Positions 19,535 through 30,300 of a DNA stretch of 64,000 bases are shown in pieces. Every line of letters starts with the position of its first letter. The first letter of the stretch is position 1. Below the pieces are notes generated by a model that ran no database searches, was not told the DNA's origin, and saw nothing but the letters and a program-made list of their open reading frames with translations. Made by a program: the position numbers and the translations under genes. This DNA comes from a virus. The stretch spans positions 64,001-128,000 of IMG/VR virus record IMGVR_UViG_3300047382_000480. One strand, given 5' to 3'.

Positions 19535-20189
19535 TTTTCTTAATAATTTTAAATTCTATGGTGAAGCACTTCACTTCATAGAACAAAAAGCACCGCACAA
19601 ACTCACCGACTTACGTCAATGCCACGAGGAAAATCACGTTGAAGCAGTGACGTGGCTAGTGGAACAATTAATAAAGACTGTCGAAAACTGCGCTAGACAA
19701 GAGAAAATTAAGGTATTGGTGCTAAACTCTTGGTTAGGCGTGCCTCTCGTCCCTCTCCTTTGCGAAAACCTAGATATAGGGGAGTTACACTTAGTTGATT
19801 TAGATAAAGAAGCATTAGATATATCTAAAATAATGCATAAACATTATGCTCAGGAAAAGTTTGTAAAGATTCGACATCACAATCTAGACATTCCCTTTGC
19901 GTTTGATGAATTAAATAAAATCGATGCAGATATTGTTGTAGCAATTAATACAGAACAAATGTATCCACTGAAAGAACTTACAACAAAAAATCCAATGGCA
20001 GTATTCGCTTGTCAGAATAGCGATGTGATTGAGGAAATGTATGGTATAAATTGCGTTAAAAGTATCGACGAATTAAAAGAACAAATTGACTTAGAAGAAA
20101 CATATTATGAAGGACAACGAGAACAAACATATTATTCTTGGGATGGAAAAAGAAAATATAATAGATTCATGGTCATAGGGTCTAAATAG
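19521..20189 (+). CDS. Class I SAM methyltransferase-like protein
   Basis: VLVLNSWLG, LVDLD, INTEQM, RFMVIG; paralog of 62029..62646. Confidence 0.55.
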   Translation: MLKSNFLNNFKFYGEALHFIEQKAPHKLTDLRQCHEENHVEAVTWLVEQLIKTVENCARQEKIKVLVLNSWLGVPLVPLLCENLDIGELHLVDLDKEALDISKIMHKHYAQEKFVKIRHHNLDIPFAFDELNKIDADIVVAINTEQMYPLKELTTKNPMAVFACQNSDVIEEMYGINCVKSIDELKEQIDLEETYYEGQREQTYYSWDGKRKYNRFMVIGSK

Positions 20190-20793
20190 TAATATCCTCT
20201 ACCATCAGTTCCCACATATCTTTATCTGGTACAACAAACCCGACAGTAATTCTTGGACCACCCCCAGCGCAATGCCATACTGGATCAGATTGATCGCCAT
20301 AATAACCAACTTTGGCAGACCACCCTTTCCAATCTGGTAATGTGTGGATTATTTCTCCATCCCAAAATTGAAAATACCCATCTCCTAGATTATAGTTAAA
20401 CAAAATATTATATCCAGGAACATCCCAATTATTATGCCACCCCATAAATCCGTCTTCTGGATAGTACACGTGTACAGCACTATATTTGGCACCTAAAAAT
20501 TTAACCAGAGTGTCATTAAACCTTTGAGACTCTTTTTTAAATTTTTCTGGAGATTGAGCTCCAGGACCAAAGTGTACGTTCCGAACAACCTCTGGTGGAC
20601 CTGCATGTTGCCCTTCTTCCTTTCCCATTGGCTTTTTGAGCATTTCTTTTAAGTAGTCAAAAGATTGAGAATGTTCAGAGTTTGAGTTGCCGTGATCACT
20701 AATGACTAATTCTGATAAATCCTGATCAAAAAACCATTCACTGTGTTCATTTAAAATTTCTATTATTTCTTTATTAAGGTCTATAAATCTCAC
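20182..20793 (-). CDS. 2OG-Fe(II) oxygenase-like / cupin-fold protein
   Basis: YYPEDGFMGWHNN...WHCA...RITVGF (HxN...H...R arrangement). Confidence 0.6.
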   Translation of the reverse strand: MRFIDLNKEIIEILNEHSEWFFDQDLSELVISDHGNSNSEHSQSFDYLKEMLKKPMGKEEGQHAGPPEVVRNVHFGPGAQSPEKFKKESQRFNDTLVKFLGAKYSAVHVYYPEDGFMGWHNNWDVPGYNILFNYNLGDGYFQFWDGEIIHTLPDWKGWSAKVGYYGDQSDPVWHCAGGGPRITVGFVVPDKDMWELMVEDITI

Positions 20794-21484
20794 TGCACAT
20801 CATCCTAGTTCTTGATATTGTATAATGTTGAACAACTATATTTTGCCCCATCAGTTCTTCATCTTTGTAACCATTTACAAAGTTCCACTTTGCATCTGGG
20901 GCAGGGAACTCTCCTATTGTAACATTAAAATCACCATTAGTCAACATATTCCACATAGTAAATGTATCCCACTGCCTTACTTCTTCGGGATACGGAGAAG
21001 GATCCCAGCGTGGATCGGTTTGTTCAAGATACCAAGTGTACCAGTTATCCATCAGTTCTTTAGTCGTTTTAGTATTATACAAAAACAAACCGCAATGATA
21101 AATCATTTCTTCAGTTTCTGACAACTTAGTTATCTTTGCGTTGTATGGTCTACATCTAGTAAACAGTAAATCTTTGTCTCCAAGTAAATCGAAAACTTCA
21201 GATATTTCTTCGCTTTGAATTAGCGTATCGCAATCAATATAAAGGGTTGTATCGTATGGAGATTTAGACAACGCCCAAAGTTTTGCTCTTACGTGGTTGG
21301 GGACACCTTGCGTTATAATTTGATCAAAAATTTCACGTGCTTCATCACACACCCAAGATTCATGAGTGAACAGCGTTATTTTTGCTTCTGGGTAAAAATC
21401 TAAAAGGGATTGGGCAGAATAAAGTGCAGCATAATAAAATTCTTTTTTTACTGAAGCAACGTAGACATAACCATTACTCTTCAT
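20774..21484 (-). CDS. GT-A (GT8-like / nucleotide-diphospho-sugar) glycosyltransferase
   Basis: SAQSL, KLWAL..SPYD.TLYIDCD, HCGLFLY, final QHY. Confidence 0.75.
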   Translation of the reverse strand: MKSNGYVYVASVKKEFYYAALYSAQSLLDFYPEAKITLFTHESWVCDEAREIFDQIITQGVPNHVRAKLWALSKSPYDTTLYIDCDTLIQSEEISEVFDLLGDKDLLFTRCRPYNAKITKLSETEEMIYHCGLFLYNTKTTKELMDNWYTWYLEQTDPRWDPSPYPEEVRQWDTFTMWNMLTNGDFNVTIGEFPAPDAKWNFVNGYKDEELMGQNIVVQHYTISRTRMMCSEIYRP

Positions 21485-21929
21485 TGGCCAATGCTTCCTG
21501 TATCATCAGGGTTGCAAAGGCTTGGACTTCAATTGGCGTCTTTGCCTTTCTCAGACGCTTTTTAAGATCTCGGTTGGTAGAGTTTCGTATTTCTTCGATT
21601 TCAAATGCTTCCAACTTCATATTAAAAAGAACTTCTTGCTTGGCACGTGCCATGTCAGCTTCTTTTTGTTCTCTATGATGTTGTTCGCGTTCTTCAGATT
21701 CTTTTCTATGCTCTTCTGTATTTTTATCTAATTGCTCTTCACCAAACATTTCTAATATTTCATCGAAATCTTTGTTATAAGCATCATATGCATTAATGTG
21801 AACAACATTATATTCGCCATCATAAGATAACCTTCTGGCAACTATTTGGCGGTTTTCTTTATCTTTCCAGATGGGGTCTTTCCAAAGAGGTGGGCGTTCT
21901 TTGTCGTTTGAGGATGCGATAACTTCCAT
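21474..21929 (-). CDS. Hypothetical charged protein
   Basis: 151 aa ORF with GGAG RBS and upstream CTAAATA (21959-21965). Confidence 0.7.
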   Translation of the reverse strand: MEVIASSNDKERPPLWKDPIWKDKENRQIVARRLSYDGEYNVVHINAYDAYNKDFDEILEMFGEEQLDKNTEEHRKESEEREQHHREQKEADMARAKQEVLFNMKLEAFEIEEIRNSTNRDLKKRLRKAKTPIEVQAFATLMIQEALANEE

Positions 21930-21961
21930 AATTTACTCCATAATGTAAAATTGTATTCTAT

Positions 21962-23104
21962 TTAGGCAGTTCTCAACCACAGTTTCTTATTGGACTGACT
22001 GGAGGATGTACTTATTATTGTAGCTCCATCATAATACCCAGCATAATCACCAGAATAGCTTCCGCTGTAGTTTCCAGTGTAATTACCAGTATAATAACCT
22101 GTGTAATATCCTGTGTATGTCACCCACGTTCTTGTATAACCTGCAAATCGAGGACTGTAACTTCCAGAATAGGTTCCAGAATATGTTCCGCTGTAATAAC
22201 CAGCATAGTTTCCAGTGTATGTCCCAGTATATGTTCCAGCATAAGCATATGTTGCAATGTTTTTTACTTGGTCCGTGAGAGTCTCTCCCATTTGCTGCCA
22301 TGTTCCAGTACTCGGAGCATTTTCTGAAAGAGCGTATATTCCTGGACCATCACGCTCAAGGATCCTATTTCCGAGATACACAGCCATCTGACGATACCTT
22401 ACAACATCTGCTTCTTGTAGACTTTCGTCATCGGTATTTCCACTTTGTTCCCTGATAACAATATTGTTACCCACACCAGTAGGAACTGTGCTGTTGGCTG
22501 TTGATTTTTGCCAAAGCGTTTTTGTAAATGAAGTATTATCTACTTGGGTGTCTTCAATATTACCGCGATTAACCCAAGTTCCACCAGTATTTGGTGCATT
22601 AGCTGACAAGTAATATTGCCCCGCAGTACTTGCAGATTGTTCACAATAGGCATCGATAACTATATCTAGAAAATCTTTTCGTTCGGTTTCAGTACTATCT
22701 TTAAGCCGATTATTGTCATCTAATATTACTGGAAATGGGTCGTCTCCCATGTTAACGACGTTTACGTTATTATTCTGAAGAAAGGTATACGTTTTGACTG
22801 TCGTTTGAGCACCAGATGTTGGGTGTGTACCTATTGTATCGTTTCGTTTTTTATCTACGAAAGTTCCAATCTGAGAATCTACTCCAAGAGTATATGGATA
22901 TTGAGCCGTCCCCTCGTGTAGTATAACTTGTGCAGGCTGTCCCTTACCATCCAGCATGGTTTGGGTATCATTATCAATATTATACACAAATGCTTCAGTG
23001 ATCCTACCTGCTACCGCACCTTTCATGTCTGCGGTGCTCATCTCCTGAAAACCTAAAACGACATCAGTGTTAGGATCAACTCTTACCTTTACAGGATTAC
23101 CCAT
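21962..23104 (-). CDS. Putative virion protein with Tyr-x-Gly-x repeat tract
   Basis: Lies in the structural operon; duplicated GxYxLSxNAPxTGxxW motif; about 15 YxGx units near the C-terminus. Confidence 0.7.
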   Translation of the reverse strand: MGNPVKVRVDPNTDVVLGFQEMSTADMKGAVAGRITEAFVYNIDNDTQTMLDGKGQPAQVILHEGTAQYPYTLGVDSQIGTFVDKKRNDTIGTHPTSGAQTTVKTYTFLQNNNVNVVNMGDDPFPVILDDNNRLKDSTETERKDFLDIVIDAYCEQSASTAGQYYLSANAPNTGGTWVNRGNIEDTQVDNTSFTKTLWQKSTANSTVPTGVGNNIVIREQSGNTDDESLQEADVVRYRQMAVYLGNRILERDGPGIYALSENAPSTGTWQQMGETLTDQVKNIATYAYAGTYTGTYTGNYAGYYSGTYSGTYSGSYSPRFAGYTRTWVTYTGYYTGYYTGNYTGNYSGSYSGDYAGYYDGATIISTSSSQSNKKLWLRTA

Positions 23105-23113
23105 TATATTTCC

Positions 23114-24151
23114 TTAGTTTACGATATTACCCGACGAATTATAAATCACTAGAGGTCTTTTTACTTCCCAAGTCTCAGAATCTCTACACACTAGGCTCAT
23201 AGATGTGTTTGGGGGAAGGTCTTTAGCAGCATTAGACGAACCAAAATCAATCTTATCTGAAGTTGCAGGATATACTTTTATTGAAGAGGAAGTAGAATTG
23301 TAAATCTCTATATGTCTTCCCGTAGTCGCAGAAGGCAATTTAACACCTTCGTTATTAGAAGCAGTAGTTACAATATTTACTGTTTCTCCTAATTGAGTCG
23401 CATCGCTCTGAGCAGATCCTGCTGCAGTTACACCACCTTGCACACCAGTGATCATCGCCCCAGCAGCAATAAAATTACCTGTAACTGTGACACCTGCGGC
23501 AGACAACACACCTAAATTATCTACTGTAAAATTGTCATTTACGTTTATACCTCCATCAAGGGAAGCAAGACCATCAACATCTAGTGTGCCTGTGGTATTA
23601 ATATTACCTGTTGAGTCAGCAACAGTAAATGCCCCATCAACGTCAATACCTCCATCGAGGGAAGCAAGACCTGACGCATCTAATGAAGATGCAACAACTG
23701 CGTCACCCTCGTCTGTAGACTGCCATTGAGTTGCAGATACCGCAACAAAATCTCGACCTTTTTCTGGTCCAAGGGATAATGCAGCATTTGCAGAAAGATC
23801 ATTGATAGATTCACCCGCATATGGGTAAACTTTAATAGTCGTAGAAGTAGAATTAAAAACAGTTACACGTGTACCTGTTGAGGCATCAAGGAGTTTAACA
23901 CCTTGGTTTGATGTTGCTGTATTAATAATATTGTATGTCTTTGTTAATGCAGTAGCAGTTCCTTGTGTTGTACCAGCTGCAGTTACCGAGGCATCAACAC
24001 CAACTATAAAGCGACCAGATACTGTAATATCATCAACAATAATATCATCACCGCTTTGATACTTGTCGGTGTTTAGATTTGTAAAGTTTGAGTCAACCTC
24101 AGTATTAGTGAGAGGTGAACCTTTACCTGAGCGAGTTGTTAGTGTTGACAT
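23114..24151 (-). CDS. Virion fibre-like protein with duplicated domain
   Basis: N-terminal RSGKGSPLTNTEVDSNFTNL; two copies of VTAAG..Q..AT.L....NI..TA..N.GVKL...IKVYP. Confidence 0.7.
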   Translation of the reverse strand: MSTLTTRSGKGSPLTNTEVDSNFTNLNTDKYQSGDDIIVDDITVSGRFIVGVDASVTAAGTTQGTATALTKTYNIINTATSNQGVKLLDASTGTRVTVFNSTSTTIKVYPYAGESINDLSANAALSLGPEKGRDFVAVSATQWQSTDEGDAVVASSLDASGLASLDGGIDVDGAFTVADSTGNINTTGTLDVDGLASLDGGINVNDNFTVDNLGVLSAAGVTVTGNFIAAGAMITGVQGGVTAAGSAQSDATQLGETVNIVTTASNNEGVKLPSATTGRHIEIYNSTSSSIKVYPATSDKIDFGSSNAAKDLPPNTSMSLVCRDSETWEVKRPLVIYNSSGNIVN

Positions 24152-24156
24152 TTTTC

Positions 24157-24360
24157 TTACCTATTTTTTAGAATTATCTGAATGGCATCTTTTATCTGCG
24201 CCAAGTCTTCTTTAAGACTATTTATATCATCGCATACTTCATCTAGTTTTTTAGATTGCCTTTTTTTCGCGCGATATTGCTGTAATCCTGCCAAATCTTT
24301 GCTTATTAGAGCATTGCTGTTTGGGTCTCTGGAATATTTATCGGTAGTAAAATCAGCCAT
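24157..24360 (-). CDS. Small coiled-coil protein
   Basis: 67 aa, RDPNSNALI...DINSLKEDL..IK; follows the large baseplate-associated gene. Confidence 0.7.
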   Translation of the reverse strand: MADFTTDKYSRDPNSNALISKDLAGLQQYRAKKRQSKKLDEVCDDINSLKEDLAQIKDAIQIILKNR

Positions 24361-24370
24361 TTATGAAATC

Positions 24371-27300
24371 CTATACTTGTAACGCAATTGCTCTCAGATT
24401 CTTACACTGAGGAACATTAGACGTATTATCCGTTAACATTACAATTTTTATCGCAAACTCCTTGAATGTTACGAAATTTGTTGTAGAAAGTGTTGCCGTT
24501 GCTGTGGCGCCAGAACCGCCACCCCCAGAAATTGTTAATGTTGGTGTAGCAGAATTAGTTGCGTATCTTCCTGGATCTGTTATGACAATAGAGGAAACCG
24601 CACCTGCGCTCAACACAGCAATTGCTTTAGCTTGCCTTGTTGACGTACCGCCTGTAATTGTTACAGTTGGTGGGCTAGTATATCCAGAACCCCCAGCACT
24701 AACAGTTGTCGATCCAACACGCTTAGTTGCATATGTAAGAACGTCGGATCCATTGAGGTTTGCATTATCGATAGTGTATCTATGCTCAACAAAACCTGTT
24801 TGACTCAACCCTCTGTTATCTGGTATTGAATCTTCTTTTAACAAGAACCAATCAAGTTCTTGTCTTAGATCAGCATCGTCTTCTGCTGCCATGAATTTAC
24901 CATAAACCTTTATTTCAGAACCAAATGGAGTTTTTTGGTCTAGATAAACTTTCAGGTCTTGTGCATCTTGACCATCTGACAATCTAACTGTCTTAGAGAT
25001 ATATTTAGCAAGAGCACTTCCGCTATTATTTGCGTCTTCATTGGTTGAGTTGTTATTAATGATATTTTGAGTCGCGATGAATCCACATCTAGATAAGTCA
25101 ATAACTGGACTTATGAATTTACTAGAAGTTAACATCTTCGCCTCACTCTTGAAGGACTTAGCACCACTCAAGTTAGCATCTTCGTTTGATTTAGAATATA
25201 CAGCATATTCTTTGTTTGTTATTTGTTGTTCCTGCTTAACAATTTTCCTAGAAGTTGTTCCAGCTGCAGCAACACCAGTTGAGTCTGTTGGAGTGTAGCT
25301 GTGATCAACCCTAGTTTGAGGAAGAACTATTTCACCAAAGTTTAACTGCAGTTTGTTAAAGATTTTATTATCAATGGTTTCAAGTTTTCCTTGAGTAGAA
25401 CCATTACCAATAATATCGTTAACATCAAAATCAGATTTTGTAAGTTGGATCCTAGCAACATCGTTTAAAGAAGAATACCTTTCGACAGCACCAGTCTTTG
25501 TTACAACATCGACTATCATACCAGTACCAGAGCCAGTTGTCCCAGATTGTGCTACATTTGTTCCATCTGCAGTAAACCCAGAACCCAACTCTTCAATACT
25601 AAACGCAGTAACAACATTAGATTGGACTTGCGTTACTTTAAGTTTTAAACCAGTACCGCCACCAAACCCCGCAAAGGTTATCACGTCATTAACAGAGTGT
25701 CCAGTTCCCCCATTATCTAATGTTACATTAAATGAGTGAAGGTTGTCACCAGCTTCAAACGCTCCATTGGTGTACTCAACCATTGATAGAAAATCTATTG
25801 GTCCATTAGTGAATTTTGCTGATCCTTCAGTATCAGTTGTAAAGTTACAACGATAAATTCTATGCATTAGATCTTCGGCTTGGAACGCATTCCAAGATCT
25901 GTTGTTTGACGAAACAAACAAAACACCGCCAGTAACATCTTCTGCAACAATTCTTTGAGTGGTTCCTACCTTATTTTCTCCCAACTCTGAAACCCAAACT
26001 TCATAATCTGGGCTATTTCCTTGAGGTAGTGTTACAATACAATATTCTCTACCGCCTTCCAAGAAAACTGGGGAATCAAACGTAACGCCAGTTGCAGAAA
26101 ACGTAACTGTTCCGTCTGATGCTTCTGATGAGATATTAACCTGAGAAGGAGAAAGATATTTGGAACCATATGGTAGAACTCTAGATCCAGGATACCCATT
26201 TACAACTTCACGAAGTTGAATAGTTATACCATCAGTAGAAGATTTATTTCTGAAATAAAGGTCTATTTTAGGGCAGAATATCCCTTCTTTATTTGAGACA
26301 ATAAAGGTCTGCGCAGTTGGATCGTCAGTTGTTAAGTCGACGTCTACTGAAACATTACTTGTTATGTCCTCAGTTCGCACATCAGTTACTACTTCAGCAA
26401 CTACTTGTGGATCTCCAGCTTGAGTTCCTGTCGTGAAAGATGGAACCTGCGTAGAAACGATAGTTCCTTGCGAAATAACATCAAGACCAAACGAAGAATA
26501 TGTAGATTCAGTTGACGTAGTTGTAAACCCATCCCTGTTCAGGACATCATCAGTTAAACGAAGGATTTTTTCTCCAATGCGGAAAGTTTCTGCTGGTATT
26601 CTAAATTGAGCTGCAAGTCTTCCTTCTGAATCTGTCACCAGAGGAGTTCCAAATGCATTTGTTGTTTCATTGAAATCTGACCAGAAGTTGTTGACCCCTG
26701 AAGACAATCTAGAAGTAAATGTTGAATATGTTAATTTACGACAATGATCAGAAACTGGGTCTCCGTCAAAATATGCATAAACGCGAGTATTTGGTTTTAA
26801 TCTTGTCGCGTGGAATGTGACATTTTGAGATCTCATGAAAGGTGTGAAACCAATATCAGTTACTCGATCGCCAAAATCTTGCGTGACTGTATCGCTTCCA
26901 GTAGAATTAATTGTTAAAGTATCAACCGATTGAGATATAGCTGCAGAATCAACGACTTGTGTCATAGAAGCATCAAAACTAACATCTACTGTTGAGTCTA
27001 CGTTTCCGCGACGCCCACCTCGATCAGTGTCTCCATCGCTACCACCAAACTCAATATCTTGTGTGTCTGATGTTACACCACCCATAGTAGTGTTAACACC
27101 ATTAACGATACCCGCATTTCCTAGAGAATCAGTAAGATTTTCTAAACCTTGTGCGATTGCACTATTCTCAACAATTTGATCGCCACCATCTTCCATTGCA
27201 ACAAAGTTATCTGATTGAGGATAAAGTTGCAAATCACCTTTATAATTGAACAACAAAGAACCAATACAATTCCTAAATTTAGAGGCATTAATATTTCGTT

Positions 27301-30300
27301 GATTATCCACTAATGTGTATGGAAGAGTTACTAAATTTCCTGTTTTGGTTACACCAGAAGAATTAGAATTATCAAATAGAACGTCAACCTGTTCTTCTTC
27401 GAAGTTTGCTGTGAGGAATTTGTTTCTTGTGTCAACTGCAGCATTAAAATCAGGGTCTCTGAGATTACTTAATCCATGGTCTGCGAAATTATGAATAAAG
27501 ATACCATTCTTAAATCTATTGTTTCCTGAGGAATCTGTAATAACAAGGTTCTCGGTATCCTTCTCAAGCATATTCATAGAAGTGTAATACTCAAGGCGAT
27601 TTATCCGTTTTTCTATGGCACCAATATCTGACATGGTGTAGCGTCTATTTTGTTTAACGGCAATTGTACAAGATAAATCTTTCCTTCCGCTTGTTCTGCC
27701 AATATATGGCGATAAAGAAGGATATGGTGGTATTGTTACCTTACCCAATTCCATAGCTGTAATAGGAGCAACAGGTGATTTTGGATTCAGCCTTGCAGCA
27801 CCCTTAATTACATCGACAGTACCCTTTTCTCCGATAACAATTTTATCAATTCGAGACAAATAATATTCTGCATCTGTAGTATATGATTCTGTTGGAACAG
27901 GCATTTCATAACCACCAGAAACAGTTCTGAGGTCGTTTGCTTCTATTGGATTTATGGTCGCTTGCGCTAAAGAAGTCGCGTCTGCCGAAGTATGATTAAC
28001 AAATGGTCGGAAATCAACACAATCCCTTAGATCATATTTCCCGCTCTTCTTAGAATAAAATACTGGTATTTCGTATGTGTAAATACCAGTCGAACCTGTG
28101 TCGTCAACAGGGTAAGAATCAATAGCAAAGTATGATCCAACCGAAGTACTGTAGTTCGGATCAAGATAAGAAAGTTTAACAACAATTGATTTGCCATTTG
28201 TATTCAATCTTGACTTCGGCTTCTTAATTAGTTTTGCATGGTCATAAACATTCTCTTTTTGACCATTATCCAATATAAACTGATCTTTGTGGTCAGTTCC
28301 AGTTTCAGTATAAGAAGATCCGACATAAACCCCTTCAATCTTGTATACATTACAGAAACCCAAGTTCCAAGGTCCAAATTGACCACCATCATTGGTACTT
28401 GTATCAATTTTAACATATCTAGTTTTTTTAGCAACAAATTGTACTGGAACTACGTCAGTTTGTTTGACTTTTATTTGCAGAGTTACATCAGTTGCGGCAG
28501 AAAGACTATTTCCAATATCAAAATTAATTGCAGTATTAGAAATAGATGTTATCATAGAAGGTGTTAATCTAAATGGCTCACCTTTTTTGTATAACGTATT
28601 ATCTAATGTCACATCAGATTGGAATACCAAATAAAACTCATTATCAAGTTGAGTTTGTGTTGGTGTTGAAGAATACGGGAAAGACTCTGTTCCTGTAACT
28701 GTTACAGTTGACACACCAGAAACTGAAACCTCAGCGGTAAACTCTTTCTGATATGTATAATTATTATCGTATGTTCCACCTGTATCAACCGCAAAAGTTT
28801 TTGCAGCCTTAAATGGAGCTCTGAATACCAGCTGATTAGAATTTGATTCTTTGAGAACTGCTTTACTGCTTTCCAATACTGGGTCAGCAAACCCATTCAT
28901 TGTAGAGTCTTCGTTGTAGATAGTTCTAATATCATCAAAAGAACCGCCAAACATACGAATATCATAAAGATATAAACGATATTTACATGCTGCAGCATTT
29001 ACTGTTCCGCTTTCATAACGGATTTGCCTTATACGTGCTTGACCGATAATCGTAGAAGGAGCAGCATGGTTTGAATAGGTATTATCTGATGCTGCATTAG
29101 AAGCAGTATTACCGAATTTTAATAATGACCCATCTTTAATGTCCCAGTTACCAGCAACTTCATCAACAATGATATAATTACCATAGTTGGTTGATACTGT
29201 AAATCCTTCTTCAACTACACTTTCGTTGCCCTTTTCCACCTTAACATATGTTGGAGAAAGGAACTCTCGCCTATATCCATTAACGTAGGCAAGACCACGA
29301 CCAACACCAACAGCGATATGATCCGCTGAGCCACCACTGCTTGTATCTAGCAATCCTCTGTTAGAAGATGTTTTTAAATGTTCCCTTACAGTAACCTCAA
29401 AATTGCGGATAACATAGTTCCCGCTTTCGTCAAATGTTCTTAATGCAAGTTGTGCGCCAAGTTTGTTGTAATAATCTAAATCACCGATATCGTCACCGCG
29501 AGATAATAGACCATCTTCAACTGTATATAAAGAAATGAAATCAGAATCATTGGTTGCGGTCAAAGCCAATTTTGCGATTTCAGTAGAAGTCTTATAACGA
29601 TCAGCCCCTGGAGCATTAAAATTAAATGTTCCTGATGCTGGGTCGTTCAATGTACTGTCTGCATCAGAAGTTACAATAGAATCTTTGAATTTGACACCAA
29701 CATAATAATTTGCTGATGTCTTATATTTTTCAAGATTAATTGTTTGTGTATCGTGATATACAAAGTAACCATCGATATACAAAATACCTTCTTCAATTAC
29801 AAAATCTAACCCTTTACCGAAATAATTTCTAGTTACATCGCTTGAATCTGTTCCGTTATCGACAACAAATGTGTTACCATTTCTGCCGTTATCGGTAGAT
29901 GTTACTGTAAGAGTTTCCCCTGCTTCAAAGTGAAGATATGACCCAGTAGCGTTACCTTCCGTGTATTCTATATAAAATGTCTTTTTATCTACGGCATCTG
30001 TATCTAACCCTGTTGCGGTTTTTGAGATCTTTGCCTTAAGACCGCTAGTTCCACCAGTCACAATATCACCGACATAATTCGCCAAAGTGTCATTAGCAAC
30101 AGTCGCTGAAGATGCATCAAGATCATTCAACTTAATGAAATCTCTGACTAGAGGTGCACCTGATGCCCCCTTTACTCTTGCCCCATCTTTAAAAAGATGA
30201 TCAGCAAAATTACCCACAGTATCTTGTAAAATAGTCTGTAGTTGTGTTAGTTCCCTTGCCTGTACAGCAACTCCAGGCTTGAACAGTATGCGAGAAAACT

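Noticed and set aside
22025-22249. Tyr-rich repeat as a diversity-generating retroelement variable region
   Set aside because: No template repeat differing at adenines and no reverse transcriptase in the window
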